Virus record (IMG/VR): IMGVR_UViG_3300009151_000043
Location: 1 to 64,000 of that record
Strand: one strand, 5' to 3'
DNA length: 64,000 bases
From: a virus
Shown here: one piece after another, positions 54,312 to 64,000 of the stretch
Position numbering within the stretch: position 1 is the stretch's first letter
Layout of the letters: every line of letters starts with the position of its first letter
Notes under the pieces: generated by a model
Database searches by the model: none
What the model was told of the DNA's origin: nothing
What the model saw: the letters and a program-made list of their open reading frames with translations, nothing else
Program-made: the position numbers and the translations under genes

Positions 54312-56177
54312 TTAAAAGTCTATTAATAAGATACTCGGAACCTCTCTGGTGGTGGGCCTCCTGTACACGTCTTCGCCAGGAGATAATACGCTCTCCGGTA
54401 TCTCGGTACGCATGACTCCGCATTTAATACCTGGAGAGGAGTCTTTACCTGAGGAGTTGTTGGCAGAGAGCTCCGCGAGGTTACCAGCTACATGCAGAGG
54501 AGCTTTTGTACTAGTGTCTCCTTCGGTCAATTCTTTATATGGTCCTACAGATATGCAAAATATTCTGTTTCTGTAGTCCTTATAATATTCAGGGTCACTA
54601 ACAACATCTCCAGGGCGTGCTCCAGTAGCTGGAGATGATCCGTCACAGCTAAACGCTAGCGGGTAATAACCAGGGATCGTTAAGCTGTTATTCAAGTTAT
54701 CTAGACTATCAATAGCTAGTTTGAAATTAACGTACACAAGCACATACACATGAGGAGGCAAATACTTGTCTAGTGTCGGGAAAACTTCCAAAAAGGTAAG
54801 CATTTGCTCCTCACTCGTGAAAGACATCTTCAACAACAAAGTGTTGTTTTTTAAGAAATTGCTAAGTATGAAGTTCAGTGGGTTTACTGGAGCCCTAGAG
54901 CTTGCATCTTTTAAAAGCCCTAAAGCATATAACAGTTTATCCTTTGTAGTATTCTCTTTATTGATGTATGCGTGAAACGCGTCCACATCTTCTCGTCTAC
55001 CTGTAACAGGGAAGGTTATGGTTCTTTTCAAGCTGCCTGCAGAACCTGTGATATCACATGTCACAAAAGTGTCGGTATTTTCAAAGAATAATTGTGCTTT
55101 AATCTCTGCATTAAATACATAAGAAGCAAACGCCAGCTTGCGAGTCTCTATCTTGCTTAGCCACCACACAGGGTCAATCACACTATCAATAAGAAGAACG
55201 TCGTTGGTTAATATGTCTCCGGCTTGCAGCACAGCGTTCACCTGTACAAAATCAGCAATTTCTTGAGCTAGGTTTATCCTGTATACATTTTTATCTGTAA
55301 TCACATATTTAAACCGGGTGTCCTCGTAGATGTCTTCGACCGTCTCAGTAACTCCCAAGATAGTTGGACATCCTGCCAATACAGCGAAAATCTTGTTTAG
55401 TGCAGAAATCGTGGGACCCTCTACATAAAGGTTCATTAAAGAAATTAAGATATCTTTATATGCTTGCGACGAATCCATCTTTACATCAAGCAGTGTGCCG
55501 AAGTTCGTATATAACGCGTCCTCGTCCAGCTCGGCATTATACAACCACAAAATTACAAACTCGTCCTCTACCAATGCACCATTGTCGTCTTTGAAAAAAG
55601 ATGGAGCACCTTCTGAAGTAATGATCTTGGTTCGCGCAAGTGACGGATCGTTGAAGATATCTTTGTTAAAGAATAGTACGTTATTTTTGAGAATAACATC
55701 AACACCACTAATCAGCATTACCTGGGGAGCAATAATTCTGTCAGCGATCACATTAAATTTCTTAACTTTATTGGTTAGAGAAAAGCTGTAGACTGTGGAA
55801 CCATCCGTATGTTTAGCCTCACCAAATCGAAATAATTGTCCTCCGTAAAACAAGTCGGTTACGGGCTGACTACCAAAGACTGCTCCATCCTTCTCAAAAA
55901 CAAAAGGAGCCTTGTTATATTCTGACTTTTTAATCACCAAAGGAAGCCACTTTTCCTTGTGCAGTACACCTATATCTTTAATAGAGTATTTTTGAATATT
56001 CTCTACCAGATTATAGTACGCTTGTATGGCTTCCTCGGCCATACCGGTAGTGTATCCCTTCAGCTCGTTTTTGCTTGTGAATAGCTGAGTCCAAAACGAA
56101 CCTAGTGAGCGGTAAAGATATTGACCATCAGTGATATCCTCTGCCGGGAATTTAGCTGACAGGAAATCGATATTCAT
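54312..56177 (-). CDS. Putative baseplate wedge protein
   Basis: LGSFW; YK.....L...Y..GPT...L; LPPHV; immediately downstream of the J-like gene. Confidence 0.6.
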   Translation of the reverse strand: MNIDFLSAKFPAEDITDGQYLYRSLGSFWTQLFTSKNELKGYTTGMAEEAIQAYYNLVENIQKYSIKDIGVLHKEKWLPLVIKKSEYNKAPFVFEKDGAVFGSQPVTDLFYGGQLFRFGEAKHTDGSTVYSFSLTNKVKKFNVIADRIIAPQVMLISGVDVILKNNVLFFNKDIFNDPSLARTKIITSEGAPSFFKDDNGALVEDEFVILWLYNAELDEDALYTNFGTLLDVKMDSSQAYKDILISLMNLYVEGPTISALNKIFAVLAGCPTILGVTETVEDIYEDTRFKYVITDKNVYRINLAQEIADFVQVNAVLQAGDILTNDVLLIDSVIDPVWWLSKIETRKLAFASYVFNAEIKAQLFFENTDTFVTCDITGSAGSLKRTITFPVTGRREDVDAFHAYINKENTTKDKLLYALGLLKDASSRAPVNPLNFILSNFLKNNTLLLKMSFTSEEQMLTFLEVFPTLDKYLPPHVYVLVYVNFKLAIDSLDNLNNSLTIPGYYPLAFSCDGSSPATGARPGDVVSDPEYYKDYRNRIFCISVGPYKELTEGDTSTKAPLHVAGNLAELSANNSSGKDSSPGIKCGVMRTEIPESVLSPGEDVYRRPTTREVPSILLIDF

Positions 56178-56179
56178 AA

Positions 56180-57784
56180 TTAAGCGATACTCAAAGCTAT
56201 GTTGTCGATAGGCTGCACCACGCCAGCTTCAAACCTATAATAATCTATGAAATAGAGCGTTGTTTTCTTGGTCACCCCTTTAGCTAGATTCTCAGGTATA
56301 GTTAACACAGCTGAGTCAGCTAGTGGGATTATTGTTCCATCGGAACAGAAAACATTACCACTCATCTTTATTGGTAGGTCTACGCGCTTGATGTCATAGT
56401 TATGACATATATCGATTATCGACGAAGCCTGCAATTCCTCGCCAAAAGGTATGGAATTCACATAAGAGAATATGTCTTTTTTAAGCTTCTGCAAGTTAAG
56501 CGAAGTGTAAGTGTCGCTTGTTCTTTTTTTGATTAAATTGATTTCTAAAGAAACAAAACAAGGTACCACGGCTTTGACCAAATAGTCTGCGCAAGCTAAT
56601 CTCTGACTGTCCAGCAGCAGCATGTCCTGCATCTCGAGAATATTCGGCTGCACAACAAGCTGCAGCACAAAGTCCATTTTATCTAGTGAGTTGTTGGTGT
56701 ATTTAAACCTTAGTCTAGCTGTTTGGTATTTTGTGAAACGTGCTTCGTCGTCGTTGTTCAGCTCGTTATGCCTCTGAAATGGGTAGTATCCAGTGCCGTA
56801 ATGTGTGTCTACCACCACCAGGGTACCTGTTAAATCTGCCTCCGTGGTTAGAGGTATTATAGACTTCACGTAATAGAAGCCTGGCGCGTCATCATTGGCT
56901 ATATCTAGCTCCCACAAGCCATCAGCTACTCGCTTACCTGTCTTGGTTATTGTTACTGTCTCTGGTCCTAGACTGCTACGCACATAAACATCCGCCTTCC
57001 CAAAAGTCGATATGCCTAGGGCGTTTTGCTTAGCCCTTGTCAGCTCTGGGTCATTCGCACCACAAATGGATAGCGTTTTAAACCCTGAGAATGTACTGCT
57101 GAACTGTTTAAATATTCCTGCCTCTGACTCAAAGCGTGAGTTACCTAGGTTGTTTTTTATTTTAGCTACTAGCTGCTTATCATTTTCTTTAGCTGCTCCA
57201 GATGAAAAATTACCGTACGCTTCAATAGATACCAGGTTAGTTATGAAAAACTTTGGTGGAAGTGTGAATCTAGTGCCTGAAGCAACCTGATATTCTGGGC
57301 CCTCTGCGGAAGCTTCCACATCGAGTAAAAAATAATAGCCTGCAGTATCTGCGTACATCTGCTTCTCAGTAGTTACTCTGGAGGGGTTCATACTGAATCT
57401 GATGTTTGCAGGGATCGTATATGTTAGGTTCAGTAAAGGCTGCACAAACTGATAGCCTTTCCTGAACAAATAGTCATCCGCAGCAGACACAGTTACTTTC
57501 AGCTTTCCTCGTACTTTTACTCCTGAGCTTCTTTCAGTGTTGTAGTTTGAAGCAATCAGATCCATTAGCGGCGAATATGTGGTCTCTGCGGAGTCAGTGA
57601 TTTGCTTTATTGTACTGCCCTGGTTTAAGGTCTGTATTGTATTGTACTGCTCGTTCTGGATAGCTGCAGCCAACTTGATCAGAAGCTCGCTGATAACTGA
57701 CCCTGGACCAGTCTCAATATCTGTGTAGTTCTGGGCTATAAAAGCGGTTAATCTCTCTGCGGTATTGTAGGTTGTTTCAGCCAT
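56180..57784 (-). CDS. Baseplate J-like (gp6-like) wedge protein
   Basis: GSVISELLIK, IASNYNTER..G..V.G, VEA...G.EY, G...END..L, GKADVY. Confidence 0.75.
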   Translation of the reverse strand: MAETTYNTAERLTAFIAQNYTDIETGPGSVISELLIKLAAAIQNEQYNTIQTLNQGSTIKQITDSAETTYSPLMDLIASNYNTERSSGVKVRGKLKVTVSAADDYLFRKGYQFVQPLLNLTYTIPANIRFSMNPSRVTTEKQMYADTAGYYFLLDVEASAEGPEYQVASGTRFTLPPKFFITNLVSIEAYGNFSSGAAKENDKQLVAKIKNNLGNSRFESEAGIFKQFSSTFSGFKTLSICGANDPELTRAKQNALGISTFGKADVYVRSSLGPETVTITKTGKRVADGLWELDIANDDAPGFYYVKSIIPLTTEADLTGTLVVVDTHYGTGYYPFQRHNELNNDDEARFTKYQTARLRFKYTNNSLDKMDFVLQLVVQPNILEMQDMLLLDSQRLACADYLVKAVVPCFVSLEINLIKKRTSDTYTSLNLQKLKKDIFSYVNSIPFGEELQASSIIDICHNYDIKRVDLPIKMSGNVFCSDGTIIPLADSAVLTIPENLAKGVTKKTTLYFIDYYRFEAGVVQPIDNIALSIA

Positions 57785-57787
57785 AAA

Positions 57788-58267
57788 TTATTTAGGTAAT
57801 GGAACCAAGAAGTCTAGAACACTTTCAGCTTCTGTTTTAATACTTACACTAAAACTTACTGCTCCCCCTTGCAAAACAATATCTATCAGGTCTGCAGAAA
57901 CAATTCTCTCGTCGGGAGGAGTAACTGCGACTCTTTGTGCTTTTTTAAATTCAACAACTACATCAAAGCTAGCCAAACGAAAAAGTTGCGCTGCAGCCAG
58001 CTTGTCGGTCGGTGAGACTCCTGTTTGTAAGCTGAAAAGCAAGGAAGTCCCGAAGTCGCTGTAGAAGGGTTGCGACCCTATGTTGGTCATCAGCATAATC
58101 GCGTAGCGCTGCACTAGCTTTTGTACACCTGAACAAAATCGTGGGCGCGCCCCAAAAGAAACATCCACGTTCTGCGGTCCTTCGAGCGTAGCGTCAGGAT
58201 ATTGGAATATACTGATATCTTTCTGGCGTCCCGAATAATCTGTGGAGGCTGTGTTAGCTATACCCAT
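57788..58267 (-). CDS. gp25/GPW-like baseplate protein
   Basis: GVQKLVQR....LMT..GS......FGT, PPDERI. Confidence 0.7.
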   Translation of the reverse strand: MGIANTASTDYSGRQKDISIFQYPDATLEGPQNVDVSFGARPRFCSGVQKLVQRYAIMLMTNIGSQPFYSDFGTSLLFSLQTGVSPTDKLAAAQLFRLASFDVVVEFKKAQRVAVTPPDERIVSADLIDIVLQGGAVSFSVSIKTEAESVLDFLVPLPK

Positions 58268-58270
58268 AGG

Positions 58271-58693
58271 TTAATCTAGATTGCTTTTGAATGTTGAGAA
58301 AAGCCCTAGGCCTGTACCTACCGAGGCGGAATTACGCGAGCCTTTCTGGATGAGATCATCTCTGTAAAAATGCATCCTTCCCTTGTAGCGTTGCACAAAG
58401 CATTTATTAAAACTATACAGAGCAGATATCTCTACCTTCAGGGCACTGACTCCTTTTCTGCTTTTGGGTGACGTATTTTTATATCTCTCAACGTACTCAC
58501 TGTTAAGCTCTCCCCTGTCGGTAACTGCTCGTAGATCTTTGAGTTTAAATGTTCCGGTGTACTCTATACCTTGCGTGAACCATACACGCCCAGGTCTATC
58601 ATTGGATAACCTCGCATAAGGAATATACGACGTTAGCCATCCAGATATGGATCCTAACAAATCTGATAATTTTTTAAAAGGAGGCTTTGCCAT
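58271..58693 (-). CDS. Hypothetical protein
   Basis: 140-aa ORF in operon. Confidence 0.6.
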   Translation of the reverse strand: MAKPPFKKLSDLLGSISGWLTSYIPYARLSNDRPGRVWFTQGIEYTGTFKLKDLRAVTDRGELNSEYVERYKNTSPKSRKGVSALKVEISALYSFNKCFVQRYKGRMHFYRDDLIQKGSRNSASVGTGLGLFSTFKSNLD

Positions 58694-59326
58694 CTATTTC
58701 CATCCTTTGGCTAGTGTTGTGTTCATTAGCTTTATTCTATTATTTAATGTGCTATTAGACAAATTCAATTTACTAGCAATTTCAGCATTACCTAATATCT
58801 TTTTACCGCCAAACCCTGTTTTGTGTTCAAAGATAAGTTTATCTTTGTCCGAAAGATCATGATATACAAAATGTACCCACTCGTCATTCGTACTATCGAA
58901 TAGCGCCGGGGACTCGAACAAAGAAGACATGCCTGTACTTATTTTTTTGCTGTTAAGCATATTGTTTGTAGCTTTCAGACTAAATCCTGAGTGATGAGCT
59001 ATTTCTTCAACTGTAGGAGATCTTCCTAGGGTGTGCTCAAGATCTTTTTCCACTTTCTGTATTTTGTTTATACCAAACTGTGTGTTTTCAGGTATGCGTA
59101 CAACGCCGCCATATTGCGTAGACATTCTGGATAATTTTTTAAGGCTATTTACCAGGTGTGTGCTGAACTTATATCCAGAGCCGGCGTCGTAGGTTCTTGC
59201 TGCCTCTCGAGCCAACCTATAGGCCTCTATCTGTACAGAGATCAACGGAAGATTTGTCGCGTGACGCGCAGCCTCCAGCTCGATCAGCTTTTTATTATCT
59301 TTAATGAGTTTCTCGATGTCGTTCAT
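58694..59326 (-). CDS. Sigma-70 family sigma factor (FliA/SigF-like regions 2-4), probable late sigma
   Basis: AARTYD...YKFSTHL, VVRIPE, LGRSPTVEEIA, LSDKDKLIF, EIASKLNLS. Confidence 0.85.
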   Translation of the reverse strand: MNDIEKLIKDNKKLIELEAARHATNLPLISVQIEAYRLAREAARTYDAGSGYKFSTHLVNSLKKLSRMSTQYGGVVRIPENTQFGINKIQKVEKDLEHTLGRSPTVEEIAHHSGFSLKATNNMLNSKKISTGMSSLFESPALFDSTNDEWVHFVYHDLSDKDKLIFEHKTGFGGKKILGNAEIASKLNLSNSTLNNRIKLMNTTLAKGWK

Positions 59327-59332
59327 ATGTTG

Positions 59333-60934
59333 TTATGAGCAATCGTTTACAAATGCGCTGGCTACCTTCGCGTCTGTTCCTCCGTCTGCTCCTAAAAATT
59401 TATCTCCCTCCACACCTGAGGGACCGCTACTTATTCTTCCTGAAGTATAAGTTATTGTGGTCATAGCTTGGCCTGAAGACGGGGCAACAAGGTCCACTTT
59501 ATGTGTTACTGATGTAACAAAAAAAGAAATACATACTCCTGTCTCTGTGTACAAAACGCCTCCCACCCCAGGAGCCCAGTTAGGGTTAAAATCAGTTGTT
59601 AATGATCCTTGTCTATCGAAGTATTTAAATTGATGATACTTGCACTCAGCGTAACTATTTGCCACCTCTTTCAACGTGCTCTTATAGGCATTGCGCGCGG
59701 TATCTGCAGCTTCCTTGTGCCCTTGTGAGGCCTTTTTAGCGGCGTCTCCCAACGACTCTTTCTCGCTATACATGGATTCGCTTTCTTTATCATACTTGTC
59801 TGACCCTTCAGGAGAGTCAGAGGCGCTAGCGCCGAACGGGTTGACGCCCATCCATGGGTGTATGTTGAGGACTAGCACTCCTGAGGCGTTAGTTTGTTCA
59901 GCTGAATAGCATCCTATCACCGAGGTATCAAAAGTTTCATCTCCCAGATTCCCTCCTCCTCCTTCTCCTCCATCGGAGCATACAACCACATGTCCCAAGT
60001 CTTTAAACCCTCCATCATTGTATGAATAACTTACAATGTCTATAGGTTTTGCTATATTGACCTCTGAGGCTTGAGGTTTAAACACAGAGTTGGCTGGCAC
60101 TACCCAAGCTTTTGAATTTCCAAAAAGCATAGAGCACCCTATGGAACTCAGGAACTGCATGTAGTTTTCTAAAAGCCCTGGAGGACCGTGTTTAAATACA
60201 TATTCCATCCCTGTCAACACATCCTCACTTTCCGCTGTGAGGTTCGCTAATGCTCCTTTAGTCACTGAAGAGAGATCCAAGTTTTCAAAAATATCTCTAG
60301 CTATACCTAAGTTTTTTTTATAGGGACCACTCGAGTATACATTTTCAAAAGGAAAGGCTCCGTCCACACAAGTCTCGTCCTGGAGGTATTCGCGCCAACC
60401 GCCTTCTTGTTTTTTCAAAATTACTTTCATTAATTCTGTATAGAATTCCACAGGGTTGAGTTCTGTGGCTACCTCTTGCTCAAGGTTTGTCCAGGCTTCT
60501 ACTTTTGCGTCCTCGCCCTGGGCAGAGGTTACTGTGTCATAATTAGACGGCTTAAATATGTTTATACTTCCTGGATACAGCCCAGGCGTGAGGGTTGTCA
60601 GCTCTAACGCAGCTTGCGCCTTATTTTTGATTACAGCCTGATAGGATACGTTACCTGCGACGTTTGAAATGGACATGCCGTCCAGCAGCCCTGTGAAGTG
60701 TACCTTTCGTGTTACCTTTTCACCATTAATAGCTATCTTTACACTAATACTGACACTGGCTTCGCTGCGTTTACTTCCTTCTATATCTCCAAAACTTGCT
60801 TTTTTACTGATCTTCTCTCCGTTTCCTGGGCACAGATCCACATAAGCGGTAGGTATGCTTCCCGCCTGATGAACAATCGTAGCACCTATTGGTGTACCTG
60901 GAACACCCTGGGCTTCTATTGATACATCTCCCAT
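59333..60934 (-). CDS. Putative baseplate hub / tail protein
   Basis: 533 aa. FTGLLDG, GSLTTDFNPNWAPG...VTSVTH resemble gp27/GpD-like hub C-termini; context. Confidence 0.5.
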   Translation of the reverse strand: MGDVSIEAQGVPGTPIGATIVHQAGSIPTAYVDLCPGNGEKISKKASFGDIEGSKRSEASVSISVKIAINGEKVTRKVHFTGLLDGMSISNVAGNVSYQAVIKNKAQAALELTTLTPGLYPGSINIFKPSNYDTVTSAQGEDAKVEAWTNLEQEVATELNPVEFYTELMKVILKKQEGGWREYLQDETCVDGAFPFENVYSSGPYKKNLGIARDIFENLDLSSVTKGALANLTAESEDVLTGMEYVFKHGPPGLLENYMQFLSSIGCSMLFGNSKAWVVPANSVFKPQASEVNIAKPIDIVSYSYNDGGFKDLGHVVVCSDGGEGGGGNLGDETFDTSVIGCYSAEQTNASGVLVLNIHPWMGVNPFGASASDSPEGSDKYDKESESMYSEKESLGDAAKKASQGHKEAADTARNAYKSTLKEVANSYAECKYHQFKYFDRQGSLTTDFNPNWAPGVGGVLYTETGVCISFFVTSVTHKVDLVAPSSGQAMTTITYTSGRISSGPSGVEGDKFLGADGGTDAKVASAFVNDCS

Positions 60935-61866
60935 ACAATATTCACCCTTTCTACGTAAGCATGCAAAAGTCCAGCCAACTTATGTATAGTGTTATAATGC
61001 ATATGCCAGAGGTGCTCGTAGGACAAGTTGCACTCATCCTGGTGGTAATGAAGCATATCTTCAACAATTGCGTAGCGGGACTCTAATTCTTTAACTTTAG
61101 CAAAAGTATCCAATATAAAAGGAGCCTCAACATTAAAAGTCCATAACTTACCTGCGGTATTTGTCAACTGACTCATATCGCCCTCTATAAAAAAATACAA
61201 GCCTAGATCGCCTATAGCTATCTTAGTTGAAGACTTCCCAGAAGGTGCGGTGGTTATGGGTATAACGTTACTCTTGTACTCTTTTGAGGCTTGCCCTGCA
61301 GGCCTATAATACAATCCTTGAGTCACGTTCTTAACTGTTACCGCAGAAGAGCTACCCATCTGTGCTATCAAGAAAAAATTGCTACTGTCGAGCATTTCTT
61401 CGTAAGACTTCATTTCCCCATATACGTACAATCGGAAGCCTGGATCAGAACTATAGACTGAAGTAATTCTAGAGAACTTAAAATAATCCTGCAGGCTGTC
61501 CAACTCGTAGGTAATTCTACTATCATACTTTTTAATGTCTTCAGCTCTATCTGTAGACGCTACGAGCCGCAAGTAGCAATATAACAGAAACTCTTTATAG
61601 AAAGCTGAAGTATTTGGCGGAAACAGCAAATCATAAAATTTTTGCAGCTCTTGAGGTAGCGCTATTTGAGAAAAATCTTTATTTATCAGCGGACTGAGCC
61701 CTCTTGCCTTGGTGTAACTAGTGCTATATGTGCCAGACCAAAACAAGTCACTGTCTTGTGTTGCTAGTATCTCGCCAAATGTATCTCCGATAACGTCTTT
61801 GCCTCGCACATAATCCATCTCCCAGAGATTCAAATTACCAAGCAGAGATGCAAAATGATTTAACAT
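60916..61866 (-). CDS. Hypothetical structural-region protein
   Basis: 316-aa ORF in operon. Confidence 0.6.
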   Translation of the reverse strand: MLNHFASLLGNLNLWEMDYVRGKDVIGDTFGEILATQDSDLFWSGTYSTSYTKARGLSPLINKDFSQIALPQELQKFYDLLFPPNTSAFYKEFLLYCYLRLVASTDRAEDIKKYDSRITYELDSLQDYFKFSRITSVYSSDPGFRLYVYGEMKSYEEMLDSSNFFLIAQMGSSSAVTVKNVTQGLYYRPAGQASKEYKSNVIPITTAPSGKSSTKIAIGDLGLYFFIEGDMSQLTNTAGKLWTFNVEAPFILDTFAKVKELESRYAIVEDMLHYHQDECNLSYEHLWHMHYNTIHKLAGLLHAYVERVNIVWEMYQ

Positions 61867-61889
61867 AAAATAATTTAACTCTGTGTTGT

Positions 61890-62327
61890 TTAGCCGTTAT
61901 GGATCACGGCAAATGTGAATGTAAAATGTCCCATAATATCCATCTCACTAACTATACTCAGCTGAGCACTGGTAATCACAGCTCTAACTGTGGCGCCACC
62001 CACACTTATTTTTGTAGCCTTCCCTACAAGCCCCTTATAAACACCACCGAATTTTCCTGCACCGGGCATATCTCCACGACTTGAGCAGTACGCTGTTCCC
62101 TGTACTTGTACCGAACCTATTGCCTGCCCGAAATGGATAAATTTCGTGGCGTCATCAAACGTAAGAAAAAACTGCATAGTCTCCCCCATTTGAACACTGA
62201 CGCTGTCGTAGATGGTGATGCCTTGAACCATAGAGTCTATACCGCTAATACTAACCAGCCCAGAGCCACCTCCGGTACCGTTTTGGAATATGTCTTTTCC
62301 TCCTGATGTGATTAATGCTGCACCCAT
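61890..62327 (-). CDS. Putative tail tube-like/initiator protein
   Basis: beta-rich 145 aa, FIHFGQAIGSVQVQG, directly after the tape-measure-like gene. Confidence 0.45.
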   Translation of the reverse strand: MGAALITSGGKDIFQNGTGGGSGLVSISGIDSMVQGITIYDSVSVQMGETMQFFLTFDDATKFIHFGQAIGSVQVQGTAYCSSRGDMPGAGKFGGVYKGLVGKATKISVGGATVRAVITSAQLSIVSEMDIMGHFTFTFAVIHNG

Positions 62328-62336
62328 AATATATTT

Positions 62337-64000
62337 TTAATTTAATGCGGTAGCTAAGTCGCTTAAAGCTCGTGTTAATGCTCCTGTGTTTAATGCCTGA
62401 ATCAGACCCTCAAAAAGTTTGGATATATCTCCACCACCGCCACTAGTCAGAAGACCTGTGCTCCCTCCGGAGGATACGGACTGCCCTTTGGCTGCAGCCT
62501 TTTCTTTGTCGCTGTTGATATAGTCTTTCGTTCTGCTCATTTCCTTGTCCAGCCTGCTGAACTTCTCTGATTTCGCTTTTGAGTCCATGCCTTCAAAACG
62601 ACTGAAATAGTTATTTTCTTTGTTTTTAGACGGGTCCGCGCGGTCTTTCATCATCTGCTTAACGCCGCCTTTATCTTTATAGAAGTCTAGAGCTTCTTTT
62701 ATAGTTTCTCCTCCTGACTGCTTGGCATGAGTCTGCAGCCGCTTGTCTAACCCAACCATTCTTTTTTCTTCCAGCGCTGAACGCTTGGCTTCTATGTTCG
62801 AGGTTGCTTGCGCTTGTACCGTGCTTGCCGCCTGCGAGCGTACGGTACCTTCCTTGGCCAGAGCCCAGGATTTTTCATCTGCCATGGCTCCGGTGCTTTC
62901 GTTTAGTTCAAGCCCTTCCATCTCTTCTTTTTCGTCAGCTTTCAAATCTTTAGTATCTCTCAAGGTCTCTAGTCTTTGTCTAGCCTCTAACGCTGTTCCT
63001 CCTTTGATCTTGGCTGCTTTGCGCGCTTTCTCATACTGTTCATCGGTAAGTCCCTTTTTAGATAAAGTGGCTAGGGTCTTTGTTGCTGCAGCCTTGTCTC
63101 CCTCTGAGGCTGAGTCGCTCTTGAGTGTCTCTTCTGCGCTCGTTCGACGATCAGCTATGATCTTATTCATCTCCTTACCCATACCTTTTTCCATGAGCTT
63201 TTTGTCACCATGTTCTGTGCCGCTAAGCTCAGCTATCTTGCCCCCTGCCTCTCTCGCGTCCTGCATAGCTTTCTTGCTCTCGGTAGACATTTTGTCGTCT
63301 GTCGAGAAGACCTTTGCGAGATTCTCGGCAGCCCCTTCTACCCCTTTACCAGACGCTATCGCGCTAGTCATCTGTGTAATTAAAGGAGAATTCGCGGAGT
63401 CAAATTCTTTTGCTGTTACGGCCTCGTCTTTAGCTTGTTCCTGTACGGTGGTTTTAAACTCATTTTTTTCCGCCTCGGTTTTGCCGGACATGAGCAAATG
63501 GTTTTGAATCATCCTCCTCGACTGTCTATACTCTTGCTGCTGCCGTGGTGTGCGGAGCTTTGTCATAATTTCTCTTTTTTCAAAGTCAGCATAGCTTTCT
63601 CCCTTTGCTTCAGACTCTTTATACTTTTTAGTCAATGCCTCGTCACTAAGTCCCTTAACCCTTCTGTTATGTGCGAAGAAACTTTTAACTACTGAGTTCT
63701 CTGCCGCCTCACCAGTTGTTGAGCTGGCTATATCCTCATCTTCAAACCCCTCTTGCTGCAGCATCTTGTTGTTTCCTATGTTCAAGACTTCCATAGCTGT
63801 CTTGCCTCCCATCAATTTACCTATCTCCGAGGCTCCGCCAGTACTAAATTCGTGGGCAGTCATTCCTTGAGCAAACCTTTTTTTAATACCTTCATAACCC
63901 TCTGTTCCTTTAGATGCAGCTAATATTGCTGACTGGAAGCCGCCCATACCTGTCTGCGCGAAATTTAGAGATTCTTTGACGTGCTCTGCTGCCAGCCCTT
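62337..64000 (-). CDS. Tape-measure-like protein, C-terminal part (5' end outside window)
   Basis: Helical Ala/Lys/Glu-rich sequence; frame stays open from 63947 to the window edge; upstream of hub/baseplate genes. Confidence 0.55.
   Translation of the reverse strand, partial: GLAAEHVKESLNFAQTGMGGFQSAILAASKGTEGYEGIKKRFAQGMTAHEFSTGGASEIGKLMGGKTAMEVLNIGNNKMLQQEGFEDEDIASSTTGEAAENSVVKSFFAHNRRVKGLSDEALTKKYKESEAKGESYADFEKREIMTKLRTPRQQQEYRQSRRMIQNHLLMSGKTEAEKNEFKTTVQEQAKDEAVTAKEFDSANSPLITQMTSAIASGKGVEGAAENLAKVFSTDDKMSTESKKAMQDAREAGGKIAELSGTEHGDKKLMEKGMGKEMNKIIADRRTSAEETLKSDSASEGDKAAATKTLATLSKKGLTDEQYEKARKAAKIKGGTALEARQRLETLRDTKDLKADEKEEMEGLELNESTGAMADEKSWALAKEGTVRSQAASTVQAQATSNIEAKRSALEEKRMVGLDKRLQTHAKQSGGETIKEALDFYKDKGGVKQMMKDRADPSKNKENNYFSRFEGMDSKAKSEKFSRLDKEMSRTKDYINSDKEKAAAKGQSVSSGGSTGLLTSGGGGDISKLFEGLIQALNTGALTRALSDLATALN

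Larger units (their letters stand above)
1..64000. other. Segment of a large (jumbo-like) tailed phage genome, probably myovirus-type
   Basis: Terminase large subunit, baseplate J-like and gp25-like genes, phage replication set, phage sigma factors and tmRNA. Dense short ORFans and no cellular housekeeping operons. Confidence 0.93.

Noticed and set aside
62743-63507. 254-aa + strand ORF and the other antisense ORFs in the track
   Set aside because: These are shadow frames of genuine - strand genes with Ser/Leu/Phe-biased composition.
1-64000. Stop-codon reassignment as seen in some jumbo phages
   Set aside because: Long genes are intact in the standard code, and TAA, TAG and TGA all occur at well-placed gene ends.

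Overview
A 64-kb slice of a large (jumbo-type), probably contractile-tailed dsDNA bacteriophage genome. It uses the standard genetic code, is densely coding, and nearly all genes lie on the - strand. About 1-26 kb is a replication/accessory arm: family A DNA polymerase with an N-terminal UDG-like domain, ECF-type sigma factor, DnaB helicase, primase, SF2 helicase, SbcC/SbcD, UvsE, a tyrosine-phosphatase-like protein, a WGR-like protein, an AT-hook protein and a Ycf46-AAA/DUF3150/DUF1257/DUF2997 module. The Ycf46-type ATPase gene is split at Walker B by a group I intron carrying an HNH gene. About 26.6-33.3 kb holds the terminase large subunit, a second AAA ATPase and probable head proteins rich in K-x-A motifs. 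About 33.3-34.1 kb holds a tmRNA with a 30-aa tag, followed by a ~340-nt structured non-coding region that I cannot assign to any RNA family. About 34-64 kb is tail/baseplate morphogenesis, with five paralogous genes (one a 4062-aa Ig/FN3 protein), a second sigma factor and a truncated tape-measure-like gene. The best candidates for undescribed biology are: a separately transcribed ThiS/ubiquitin-like gene ending LVGG-VK beside a Cys-motif protein; the structured RNA behind the tmRNA; the intron-split Ycf46 module; and a polymerase with a remodelled dNTP-binding site. All family calls come from motif recognition by eye, with no database search.
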